Sequence record: NC_062747.1
DNA length: 24,000 nucleotides
DNA from: Tenacibaculum phage Gundel_1
Reading direction: 5' to 3' (one strand)
Positions within the stretch are counted from its first letter, which is position 1. Every line of letters starts with the position of its first letter. The notes below the pieces were generated by a model, which was not told the origin of the DNA, searched no databases, and was given only the letters and a program-made list of their open reading frames with translations. Both the position numbers and the translations under genes were made by a program. Positions 1 through 7,310 of the stretch are shown here, one piece after another.

Positions 1-786
1 AGTATGTGCGCGTGGGGAGATTTTTCGTTTTGGCAATTGGTTTTCATTTATACACCCCCCTATTGATTTCGTTGCGAATGATTCATATTTTTGAACTTTT
101 ACCCCTCTGACAATGCTGTGTATGAAAATTAACCTCACTATGTATCGTATATGTTATTGTAGTGACGTTCTTTCGCTTGGTTTCTTTCGGTTGAGGTTAT
201 TATACTATCTATTGATACACTTACTTGTATTGTTAGCTCGTTCCTACTGCATCTTCTTTGCTTGGGTGGTACACTTATATAGTTGAATTGATTTTGTTCG
301 CTTAGAAGCGAGGATTTGAGCTAAACACCATTTAAAATAAAAGAATTGCAGTATTATCGTCATTTGCTGTTCTATTGTATTTGTTTGGTTATTGGTTTGC
401 GTTGTATTGTTGTCTTGTTATGTTGTCTTGGTACGGTGCAGGAAGTTTAGTTTGCTTAGTGTTTGCGGTGTGTTGTCGTTTTGGTGTGTGTTTGGTTTGT
501 TGGTTTTGGTTGGTCTAGTAGATTTATGTATCATAAGGAATGTTTATTCTTGTTATGTAGTACTATCGAATTTCTTTATAATGTAACATTTTTTTGTTTT
601 GTTACCTTTTTATCTATTTAAGTTACGTATATTTGTAGAGTAGTTAGGAATTAGCATTGTTTATCTCTTAATTACTTAGTTCTTTGAAATCTTAAAGTAT
701 TAACTACTCTCTAATATCGTGACTGCATAAGGTGTATTTATTAGAAGATTAGCCGACGGAACTGGCAAAGAGTTTATACAAAATAA

Positions 787-843
787 TAAGTGTAACGGTT
801 GCAGCCTTTAGGGGCTTGTTGAGGTTCGATTCCTTTGCACTTA
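787..843 (+). other. tRNA-like / structured leader element, degenerate
   Basis: TAAGTGT (787-793)/GCACTTA (837-843) 7-bp stem, AGCC/GGCT stem, and GAGG-TTCGATT-CCTT T-arm-like hairpin; no D-arm, so not a canonical tRNA. Confidence 0.35.
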
Positions 844-886
844 CAAAAAACATAAATTAATAAAAACAACCTTAAATCAAATCATT

Positions 887-1018
887 ATGAAAGCAATTTT
901 TAACACAGTGAACAAATTAACATTAGAAAACAAATTAGCAATTTTGGCAATATCTTTTATTGTTTTTTTAGCAGTCAGCGTTTTAGTTGATGCAATAAAA
1001 AACGGAACACCTTTGTAG
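887..1018 (+). CDS. small single-TM hypothetical protein (43 aa, MKAIFNTVNKLTLENKLAILAISFIVFLAVSVLVDAIKNGTPL)
   Basis: Not in supplied ORF track. ATG 8 nt after AACAACCTTAAATCA leader motif, hydrophobic segment, TAG at 1016-1018. Confidence 0.55.
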   Translation: MKAIFNTVNKLTLENKLAILAISFIVFLAVSVLVDAIKNGTPL

Positions 1019-1049
1019 TAAAGTATTAATAAATTTTAAACCTAAAAAA

Positions 1050-1265
1050 ATGAGATTAAATAGCAGTTTAGACATCAACGCAGTTACTTTATTAGATAAA
1101 GTAAAAATACTACTGGAACAGCCTTATAAATTAGTCTTAGTGCAACGCAACGAGCTAGAGCGTTTAAGGGTATCAGTTAAACGCTCAGAACAATCAGCCT
1201 ATATCAATAGTTTATATAAACATTACATAATAGATAAGAAAAATAAAACTTATTTATGTAACTGA
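1050..1265 (+). CDS. hypothetical protein
   Basis: 71 aa ORF in line with the + strand gene series. Confidence 0.6.
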   Translation: MRLNSSLDINAVTLLDKVKILLEQPYKLVLVQRNELERLRVSVKRSEQSAYINSLYKHYIIDKKNKTYLCN

Positions 1266-1283
1266 TTTTTTTAATCAAATTCA

Positions 1284-1335
1284 TTGCCTTGAAATATTCA
1301 ATGTTATTTATTCGGTTCGTTACCGACAAGGCAAC
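1284..1335 (+). promoter_or_regulatory. three-way-junction-like structured leader element (related to 3276-3331)
   Basis: TTGCC/GGCAA (or 8-bp TTGCCTTG/CAAGGCAA) enclosing TTGAA-ATA-TTCAA and TCGGT-TCGTT-ACCGA; followed by A-rich leader and ATG at 1363. Confidence 0.55.
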
Positions 1336-1362
1336 TAAAAAACAACCTTAAATCAATTTATT

Positions 1363-1812
1363 ATGAAAGAATATAAAACAGACACAAAGCAATTTACTTT
1401 AAAGAAAACAAAGTCTAATTTTAAACAATGCAAAATTAAAAGTTCGGCAGATGGTCGAGATTTTGCAGCTAAATTCTACCACGAAGACATTGCAGTTTTC
1501 GAAAGTATGTTCTGCATCTTCTTAAATAACGCAAACAATACTACTGGTTGGTGTAAAATATCGCAAGGCGGTTTATCAGGTACAGTAGTCGACCCTATTT
1601 TAATAGGCAAATATGCAATTGAATCACTTGCAAAATCAGTTATTTTGGTACATAACCACCCAAGCGGAACACTCAAGCCAAGTCAATCAGATTTGCAAAT
1701 TACTACAAAGATTAAAAAAACCCTTGATATTTTCGATTGTAAAGTTTTAGACCATTTAATTATGGTTGAAGGTGGTAATTACTACAGCTTTGCAGACGAA
1801 GGAATTTTGTAG
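1363..1812 (+). CDS. RadC-like JAB/MPN domain protein
   Basis: JAMM-type motif VILVHNHPSGTLKPSQSD...T, typical of the RadC C-terminal domain; 149 aa lacking the RadC N-terminal HhH part. Confidence 0.88.
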   Translation: MKEYKTDTKQFTLKKTKSNFKQCKIKSSADGRDFAAKFYHEDIAVFESMFCIFLNNANNTTGWCKISQGGLSGTVVDPILIGKYAIESLAKSVILVHNHPSGTLKPSQSDLQITTKIKKTLDIFDCKVLDHLIMVEGGNYYSFADEGIL

Positions 1813-1814
1813 TT

Positions 1815-2003
1815 ATGGAGTTACACAAATACTTATTTTTAAGAACTACAGACGGTATCTATATTTTTGATAGTAAAGACCAAGACATTTTTACAGAAAA
1901 TGACTCTATTGCCGTTTATTCTGAGCAAAACAAAACATTAAAATTTGCTAACAATTTAACTGCTGCAATCTATAAAGAACAGCTACTAACAATATTAAAC
2001 TAA
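1815..2003 (+). CDS. hypothetical protein
   Basis: 62 aa ORF starting directly after the RadC-like gene. Confidence 0.6.
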   Translation: MELHKYLFLRTTDGIYIFDSKDQDIFTENDSIAVYSEQNKTLKFANNLTAAIYKEQLLTILN

Positions 2004-2025
2004 CAACCTTTTAAAACTTATCATT

Positions 2026-2304
2026 ATGGAAACAAATAACTTAATCGATTTACTAAAATATCAAGAATTTTTTAACACCAATTTAGAAGAGCTAACAACA
2101 CTAAATGAAGATGATGTTAATTTTATTAATCAAACTCATTTTGGCGATTTAATTGTCGAGGAATCTAATATTGATGGTGAAAGATACAATTTGTATCGTT
2201 CTTTAGATGAAAACGTTGCACAAGGCGAAGCACTAATACAAATAGAGCATAGCGGAAAAAACAATAATTACAGTTATGAAACTGTTTTAAACTTTTATCT
2301 TTAA
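2026..2304 (+). CDS. hypothetical protein
   Basis: 92 aa ORF preceded by AACAACCTT leader. Confidence 0.65.
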   Translation: METNNLIDLLKYQEFFNTNLEELTTLNEDDVNFINQTHFGDLIVEESNIDGERYNLYRSLDENVAQGEALIQIEHSGKNNNYSYETVLNFYL

Positions 2305-2316
2305 AAAATATATACC

Positions 2317-2559
2317 ATGGCACAAACACAATACGCACAAGATTTAGCGAAGCAATACGAATTAGGAAACACCAAAGAAGATTTTTATCAATATATAGTT
2401 AATTCTATGGAAAACGGACAAAGACAACAAGTTCGGAAGTTATTCGGGGAAATGGACAACCACGACAAACAAGAATTTTTAACTACTTGGCTAGACCCTC
2501 GTAATAGAGGAATACATAAAAGTACTTTAAACACTTGTATAATTGAACTTTTAGATTAA
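2317..2559 (+). CDS. hypothetical protein
   Basis: 80 aa ORF, closely spaced to upstream gene. Confidence 0.6.
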   Translation: MAQTQYAQDLAKQYELGNTKEDFYQYIVNSMENGQRQQVRKLFGEMDNHDKQEFLTTWLDPRNRGIHKSTLNTCIIELLD

Positions 2560-2563
2560 AAAA

Positions 2564-2634
2564 ACTCGTTCGGGCGAGTATAAAAAGAGATTAAGCCCGA
2601 AGCGTCTCGCCAGTCTTAGGGGTAATTTTGGCGG
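2564..2634 (+). promoter_or_regulatory. structured leader RNA candidate (possible pseudoknot)
   Basis: ACTCG[TTCGGG]CGAGT hairpin at 2564-2579 whose loop is complementary to CCCGAA at 2596-2601; further CGCC (2608-2611)/GGCG (2630-2633) and TTA-GGGG-TAA. Confidence 0.45.
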
Positions 2635-2661
2635 GGGTTCTAAACTAAAAAAAATAAAATT

Positions 2662-2958
2662 ATGAATGTTTTAAACACTTGGCAAAGCGATAGCACAAAA
2701 AAAGTATTTTTTAATGTTTCAAATCCTATTTACACAAATGGAGAGTATAATATTTACAAGGAACACAGTAAATGTTTTCTGCATACATATAAAAATATAG
2801 CTATTAACCAGTTATGCGCACCAAACAAAGAGCATATAAAAAACTTAATAAATAATACTAGACCGCTTACAAATACAAAATACACGCCTAAAACACTTAT
2901 TTATGATAGGTCAAAAGAAGCAATAAAAAAAGGTTTAACTATTTTAAAAAACTATTAA
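2662..2958 (+). CDS. hypothetical protein
   Basis: 98 aa ORF in the gene series. Confidence 0.65.
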   Translation: MNVLNTWQSDSTKKVFFNVSNPIYTNGEYNIYKEHSKCFLHTYKNIAINQLCAPNKEHIKNLINNTRPLTNTKYTPKTLIYDRSKEAIKKGLTILKNY

Positions 2959-2961
2959 GCA

Positions 2962-3258
2962 ATGAAGAAACTGAATACAGCGGATTTTTTAAAAGAAGTA
3001 AACACGGATTTTAATTTTAAAAGTTTCGGTCCTAATGATTTTATAAAAAAAGAATTTATAAAAATTGAAGATTTAACACCAAATCAAGAACATATCGAAC
3101 TAAACACATTAACCGAAAAAATAAAAGGTAAAAATCTGACTGTTCCGCACGTTCTATTGTATAATGATAAAAAAATACTAATAGACGGACACCATACGGT
3201 TATAGCTAAGTTGTTAAAAGGACAATCTAAAATTTTGTGTAAAATAACAATCAGATAA
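2962..3258 (+). CDS. small ParB/Srx-like domain protein
   Basis: ILIDGHHTVIAKLLKG resembles the ParB-like nuclease domain core (DGHHR...A..G) after a VPHVLLYND segment. Confidence 0.6.
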   Translation: MKKLNTADFLKEVNTDFNFKSFGPNDFIKKEFIKIEDLTPNQEHIELNTLTEKIKGKNLTVPHVLLYNDKKILIDGHHTVIAKLLKGQSKILCKITIR

Positions 3259-3275
3259 TAAAATATTGCTAAGGG

Positions 3276-3331
3276 GTTAGTAATGGCGTGAAGTATTTAG
3301 TACTTATTCGGAGCGATACCGACACGCTAAC
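3276..3331 (+). promoter_or_regulatory. three-way-junction-like structured leader element
   Basis: TGGCGTG (3284-3290)/CACGCTA (3323-3329) enclosing AAGTA-TTTAG-TACTT and TCGG-AGCGATA-CCGA; alternative extension GTTAG (3276-3280)/CTAAC (3327-3331). Related in sequence to 1284-1335. Confidence 0.55.
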
Positions 3332-3354
3332 AAAAAAACTTTAAAAATTACAGA

Positions 3355-3648
3355 ATGAAAACAGGAACTAAATTTTATATTGAATTAATAGTTGATAGCT
3401 CAACCGTAAAAAATACAGATATAAAAACAGCTTTAAGCATTAAAATAAGTAGTTTAAAAACAGCTTTAAATGGTGAGGGTATAGAAATATACGAGTATAT
3501 AAAAGAAAGAGTTTTGTTTTTTGGCAAAGATGAACAAATTAGGCAAAAAATAAAACTAATTTTATCTAAACCATTAACAAAAAACAGCATTTACAAAGTT
3601 ATTAATTCTGTAGAGGCTCAACCGTTAAATTTTAAAGAATTAAACTAA
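3355..3648 (+). CDS. hypothetical protein
   Basis: 97 aa ORF on + strand. Confidence 0.65.
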   Translation: MKTGTKFYIELIVDSSTVKNTDIKTALSIKISSLKTALNGEGIEIYEYIKERVLFFGKDEQIRQKIKLILSKPLTKNSIYKVINSVEAQPLNFKELN

Positions 3649-3665
3649 TAAAAACTTGTAATACT

Positions 3666-4037
3666 ATGAACTGTTTATTTGAACACTACACAGAACAACC
3701 AAAAAAACTAAAGAAAATAACCTCTAAATGGGGTGATAAACTAGAAAGTAAAGGATGTAAGTACAAAAAATGCGCGAAGTTCTTAGAGGCAATAAATAAA
3801 ATCGGCTACACATTTGAGTTCGGCTTAGATGCACAACCTTTTCTTTTGCGTCTAATGAACGAGGACGAAAGACACGAGTACATAAACGAATACGGTAATA
3901 ATTTCGATTTGTATCTATTGGAAGATACCGTTGTAAAAGTAGGTAAAAACCAATACAAGAACCAAGAAACACAGCACAAAAAAACCTTTACTAAAAAGGA
4001 ATTAAAACAGTTTTTTAAAAAAGAATATCAAAATTAA
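3666..4037 (+). CDS. hypothetical protein
   Basis: 123 aa ORF, charged soluble protein. Confidence 0.7.
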   Translation: MNCLFEHYTEQPKKLKKITSKWGDKLESKGCKYKKCAKFLEAINKIGYTFEFGLDAQPFLLRLMNEDERHEYINEYGNNFDLYLLEDTVVKVGKNQYKNQETQHKKTFTKKELKQFFKKEYQN

Positions 4038-4042
4038 AAGCC

Positions 4043-4210
4043 ATGGAACTAATTAAGCTAACAGCAGAAAAGCACAACGGCAGTACTTTTTTCAAAGATG
4101 CCAACGGAAAATTAAAAGGAGTAATTCCACCCGAACAAAAACAACCTAATAGAAATACTAAATTTTACACTCTTAATTGCTGCTTATTCGCCATTAATTG
4201 GATTAATTAA
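4043..4210 (+). CDS. hypothetical protein (55 aa)
   Basis: Not in the ORF track; ATG directly after preceding stop (MELIKLTAEKHNGSTFFKDANGKLKGVIPPEQ...), TAA 4208-4210. Confidence 0.5.
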   Translation: MELIKLTAEKHNGSTFFKDANGKLKGVIPPEQKQPNRNTKFYTLNCCLFAINWIN

Positions 4211-4298
4211 TATATTTTTTCATGATTAATTTACAAGAAGTCAGAAACATAAAAAAAAAAACATCGTTTTAATTAATGGAGTAAACCACCTTTGTACA

Positions 4299-4496
4299 AT
4301 GGTTCAAGGTTATGCAAACAACCCAAACAAAAATTTTAGATTTACAAATATGAACCTATCTAAAAAAATAAGACATTCGGTATATAATGAATATTACTAC
4401 AAATGCAAAGACTTGCAAAAAGACATTGAAGAAAAAAAAATAACTTTTTTAGTAATTGGAGCAAATCAAAAAAATTTACAATTAGCTCTATTTTAA
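4299..4496 (+). CDS. hypothetical protein (possibly the 3' part of a longer gene starting at 4222)
   Basis: 65 aa ORF; the open frame extends upstream of the ATG into an A11 run. Confidence 0.5.
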   Translation: MVQGYANNPNKNFRFTNMNLSKKIRHSVYNEYYYKCKDLQKDIEEKKITFLVIGANQKNLQLALF

Positions 4497-4533
4497 AACA
4501 AACTAAAAAACACCCTAAAAAATCACAAATTAA

Positions 4534-4583
4534 GTCCCCTCGCATTAACCATTTTTTTAGGTTGGTTAGTTTTGTGGGGGGAC
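4534..4583 (+). terminator. stem-loop in intergenic region
   Basis: GTCCCC (4534-4539) pairs with GGGGAC (4578-4583), with internal AACC/GGTT pairing; not followed by a long T run. Confidence 0.4.
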
Positions 4584-4605
4584 AATATTAATTCAATACT
4601 CTTTT

Positions 4606-4639
4606 TTTATGCTTACCTCATCAATGCGGGTAGCATAAA
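4606..4639. other. 11-bp stem-loop with one bulge
   Basis: TTTATGC(T)TACC - TCATCAATGCG - GGTAGCATAAA. Confidence 0.5.
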
Positions 4640-4669
4640 ATAGTATTAACAAAAAATAAACTAATTCCT

Positions 4670-4715
4670 GGAGGATTATAAAAAAGCAACTCATTTTTAA
4701 ACTGCTTTTTTCTCC
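4670..4715 (+). promoter_or_regulatory. leader hairpin upstream of the 4740 gene
   Basis: GGAG/CTCC outer pairing and AAAAAAGCA (4680-4688)/TGCTTTTTT (4703-4711) inner 9-bp stem; terminator/attenuator-like. Confidence 0.45.
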
Positions 4716-4739
4716 TTGGGCAAAACACCTTTTTAAATC

Positions 4740-4979
4740 ATGGATAAACTAATTAAAGAGCTTAGAGAAGCTAAAAAATCAAAAATATCTAGTTGGATTG
4801 ACTCTGTTAGTATCAGAATAGAAAAAATGGAATTGTTTTTTAAAACAGCTTCTAAAGTGGGTTTAATTAAAGATGGTTTTTATATAAGTGGAATACCTAA
4901 AGGAAGTGAAGAGTATATAAACGATTTTTATAAATTAGAGAATGAACTAGAATACCCAAAACCTCAAAAAATTAACTAA
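4740..4979 (+). CDS. hypothetical protein
   Basis: 79 aa ORF. Confidence 0.6.
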   Translation: MDKLIKELREAKKSKISSWIDSVSIRIEKMELFFKTASKVGLIKDGFYISGIPKGSEEYINDFYKLENELEYPKPQKIN

Positions 4980-5000
4980 AAAATAAACTCTTTTTAAATT

Positions 5001-5324
5001 ATGAATACTTTACAAACTCAATTAGAAACAGTAGCAAAATTCGCAGGATTTACCCACGAAAAAAACTTAGATTGGCATGATAACGAAATGATGATGAAAC
5101 AGAGAATTTATGACGCAGAAGGCGGTAACTGTTTTGATAAGCTTTTATTTTCGGAGTCTTGGGATTGGATTATTCCAGTAGTTAAACTATGTGAAGAAGT
5201 ACAAGATTCTAAAAGCGGTAATTTGCTAGGAGACATTACACACGCTTTACTTGATTTTGATATTGAAAAAACATTTGAAGCAGTAGTTAAATTCATTGAA
5301 TGGTATAACCAACAAAAAAAGTAA
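5001..5324 (+). CDS. hypothetical phage protein
   Basis: 107 aa ORF with W-rich SWDWIIPVVK and C-terminal VVKFIEWYNQ, reminiscent of conserved small proteins of Bacteroidetes phages. Confidence 0.7.
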   Translation: MNTLQTQLETVAKFAGFTHEKNLDWHDNEMMMKQRIYDAEGGNCFDKLLFSESWDWIIPVVKLCEEVQDSKSGNLLGDITHALLDFDIEKTFEAVVKFIEWYNQQKK

Positions 5325-5326
5325 TT

Positions 5327-5770
5327 ATGAAAAAAGAACAAAAAAATAACTGCAAAGCAGTACAAGTAAATCACCCTCTAGACCCTATAGAATGGAATTG
5401 TGACTGTAAAGAAGCTGAAAATGGAGAACCATGTTCTTTTAGTTGGATTCAAACAGACGGAAGTATAAATACCTTGCAATACGGAAGGAAAATGAGTTTT
5501 TTTTCTTGGGAATACTCAGAAATAGGCGGGCAATATACTGACGAAAAAGAAGCTGAAAAAAACAAACATAATTGGAGTTCTAAAATTATTGATTTACATG
5601 ATTACTCAAAAGAAAAAGTAGAAAATATAATTTCGTCTTGGGGTTACTCTATAATAAACTACGATTTAGAAAACAGAAAAATAAAAATAAAACAAGAAGC
5701 CGAAATATTCAATATAAATGATTCTATACAATTAATTTGTGAATGTATTTCTGAATACGAACACTATTAA
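5327..5770 (+). CDS. hypothetical protein
   Basis: 147 aa ORF starting 3 nt after preceding gene. Confidence 0.7.
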   Translation: MKKEQKNNCKAVQVNHPLDPIEWNCDCKEAENGEPCSFSWIQTDGSINTLQYGRKMSFFSWEYSEIGGQYTDEKEAEKNKHNWSSKIIDLHDYSKEKVENIISSWGYSIINYDLENRKIKIKQEAEIFNINDSIQLICECISEYEHY

Positions 5771-5784
5771 AAAACAAACCAACC

Positions 5785-5961
5785 ATGAACCAACTATTTT
5801 TAACACTAAGAGCAAAAAAAATTATGTTTTCTTTTGAACGCATAGAAGGAAAAGTAACCAAAATTACAAACATAGAATTAACTAAAGACGGACGAACTCA
5901 TTTAGCTAACGGCAGAATAGTATCTAAAAACTTATACAACGAACTTTTAAAAATAAACTAA
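5785..5961 (+). CDS. hypothetical protein (58 aa)
   Basis: Not in ORF track; MNQLFLTLRAKKIMFSFERIEGKVTKITNIELTKDG..., fills the gap between neighbours. Confidence 0.5.
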   Translation: MNQLFLTLRAKKIMFSFERIEGKVTKITNIELTKDGRTHLANGRIVSKNLYNELLKIN

Positions 5962-5963
5962 TT

Positions 5964-6191
5964 ATGGCAGATTTTTACAGCATAAACGGATATTGGAAAG
6001 ACGACAAAACAGAATTTAAAGAACTTATAGTTTCAGAAATGGACGGCTGCTTTGAAGGAATAGAACCTTACAGCGATGATGATATTTTCTTTTACGGTTT
6101 AAGTGAATCTAATTTATTAGAAGCAATCGAGCTAAAAGAAGAAACAGCACATGATTTTGTTATAACATCATTCACTAAAATAATTCAATAA
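5964..6191 (+). CDS. hypothetical protein
   Basis: 75 aa acidic ORF; stop overlaps next start. Confidence 0.65.
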   Translation: MADFYSINGYWKDDKTEFKELIVSEMDGCFEGIEPYSDDDIFFYGLSESNLLEAIELKEETAHDFVITSFTKIIQ

Positions 6192-6433
6192 TGAAAACAA
6201 CTAAAAGAATATTCAGATTCATTGGAAAGTTGCTTTTATGGATTTTTTACCTAATAATAACAGGTAAAGAAAGACAAATGTATCAACATGCAAAGTATGC
6301 AAAAAGAGCTGTTAAAAGTGTTAAAAATGACCTTTTCGGAACCACCTATATTATGGGTGAATACTTAGGCAATAAAGAACCTGAAAGAAACTTTTTAACA
6401 TGGAAAGAATTTAGAAAACAACATAAATTTTAA
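6191..6433 (+). CDS. hypothetical protein, possible membrane segment
   Basis: 80 aa ORF with FIGKLLLWIFYLIIT. Confidence 0.6.
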   Translation: MKTTKRIFRFIGKLLLWIFYLIITGKERQMYQHAKYAKRAVKSVKNDLFGTTYIMGEYLGNKEPERNFLTWKEFRKQHKF

Positions 6434-6437
6434 AATT

Positions 6438-6581
6438 ATGATAAAAGTATATTTTGAGTCAAGAAACCATGCGGAATTAGTAGCCACTTTTGAAACCGAT
6501 GAATTATATAATCTTTGCTTGCCTATATTAGAAGCAGCAGCAGGAGAACAAGGAATGATAGTAACCGAAAAAATAGAATAA
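6438..6581 (+). CDS. hypothetical protein (47 aa)
   Basis: Not in ORF track; MIKVYFESRNHAELVATFETDELYNLCLPILEAAAGEQGMIVTEKIE, fits the gap exactly. Confidence 0.5.
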   Translation: MIKVYFESRNHAELVATFETDELYNLCLPILEAAAGEQGMIVTEKIE

Positions 6582-6584
6582 TAA

Positions 6585-6896
6585 ATGGATAACTCATACT
6601 ACATAATAACAAGCGAAGCAAATAGAACAGTTTTTTGTTCAGATAATTTTAGTAAAATAGAAGCTTTTATCAAGGAAAATCAAGATGCAAGGGTAAGAAC
6701 TGTAAATTATACTGGGAAGCCTAAAATAATGAGCAAAGAGCTTTTTTTAATAAAGTTTTTAGCTTTTACCCAAAACAAAGAAAAGTTTTTTATGCTTACT
6801 AGAATTATGATTGAAGCAAGAACAAAATTTGCTGCTTTTATGAGTATGAATCAACTATTAGAAGAGTGGAAAGAATTTAAACGTGAATTTTTATAA
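6585..6896 (+). CDS. hypothetical protein
   Basis: 103 aa ORF. Confidence 0.65.
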   Translation: MDNSYYIITSEANRTVFCSDNFSKIEAFIKENQDARVRTVNYTGKPKIMSKELFLIKFLAFTQNKEKFFMLTRIMIEARTKFAAFMSMNQLLEEWKEFKREFL

Positions 6897-6906
6897 ACCA
6901 TAAACC

Positions 6907-7065
6907 ATGTCCCCGGAAAACTTTTTAAAAACAGATGAAGCAAAAAAATGCAAAAATGTAGCTTTTACAAGTGATGAAAAAAAAGTAATTCATACATGGA
7001 TGAAGCAATACGCAAAACACATAATTAAAGAAGACCAAAAAGCAAAAAGACAATGTTCGCAATAA
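6907..7065 (+). CDS. hypothetical protein (52 aa)
   Basis: Not in ORF track; MSPENFLKTDEAKKCKNVAFTSDEKKVIHTWMKQ..., stop overlaps the start of the next gene. Confidence 0.45.
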   Translation: MSPENFLKTDEAKKCKNVAFTSDEKKVIHTWMKQYAKHIIKEDQKAKRQCSQ

Positions 7066-7310
7066 AAACAGAATCAGGAACCTTTAAAACATTCAACGTA
7101 AAAAAGATATACGAAATCTTAATGAAAACCCAAGACAAAGAAATTAAACACTTCTTTGATTTTGAATTATACACACAATCTGAGTTTTTTAAGACATATT
7201 TAAGAATATCAAAAAACTACGAAAATTACCTAAATTTAGAGAAAAAGTTTAACCCGCACCCAACATTAAAAGAATATGCAGACAAATTCAAGGTCAAAAA
7301 AAAGATTTAG
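7053..7310 (+). CDS. hypothetical protein
   Basis: 85 aa ORF, overlaps the next ORF by 35 nt at an A8 run. Confidence 0.55.
   Translation: MFAIKTESGTFKTFNVKKIYEILMKTQDKEIKHFFDFELYTQSEFFKTYLRISKNYENYLNLEKKFNPHPTLKEYADKFKVKKKI

Noticed and set aside
392-586. 64 aa + strand ORF from the track
   Set aside because: Lies in the GT-rich noncoding-like region; Val/Leu/Cys/Trp composition is a by-product of GT-rich sequence and unlike neighbouring genes.
1476-1676. Minus-strand ORF inside the RadC-like gene
   Set aside because: Antisense to a confidently assigned coding region; no independent support.
2564-3331. Type III toxin-antitoxin (ToxIN-like) locus based on repeated pseudoknot-like RNA
   Set aside because: Elements are separated by coding genes and not tandem, and none of the flanking proteins looks like a ToxN-type endoribonuclease.
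3375-3972. Minus-strand ORFs 3375-3590 and 3724-3972
   Set aside because: Antisense to plausible + strand genes with the local codon bias; opposite to the transcription direction.
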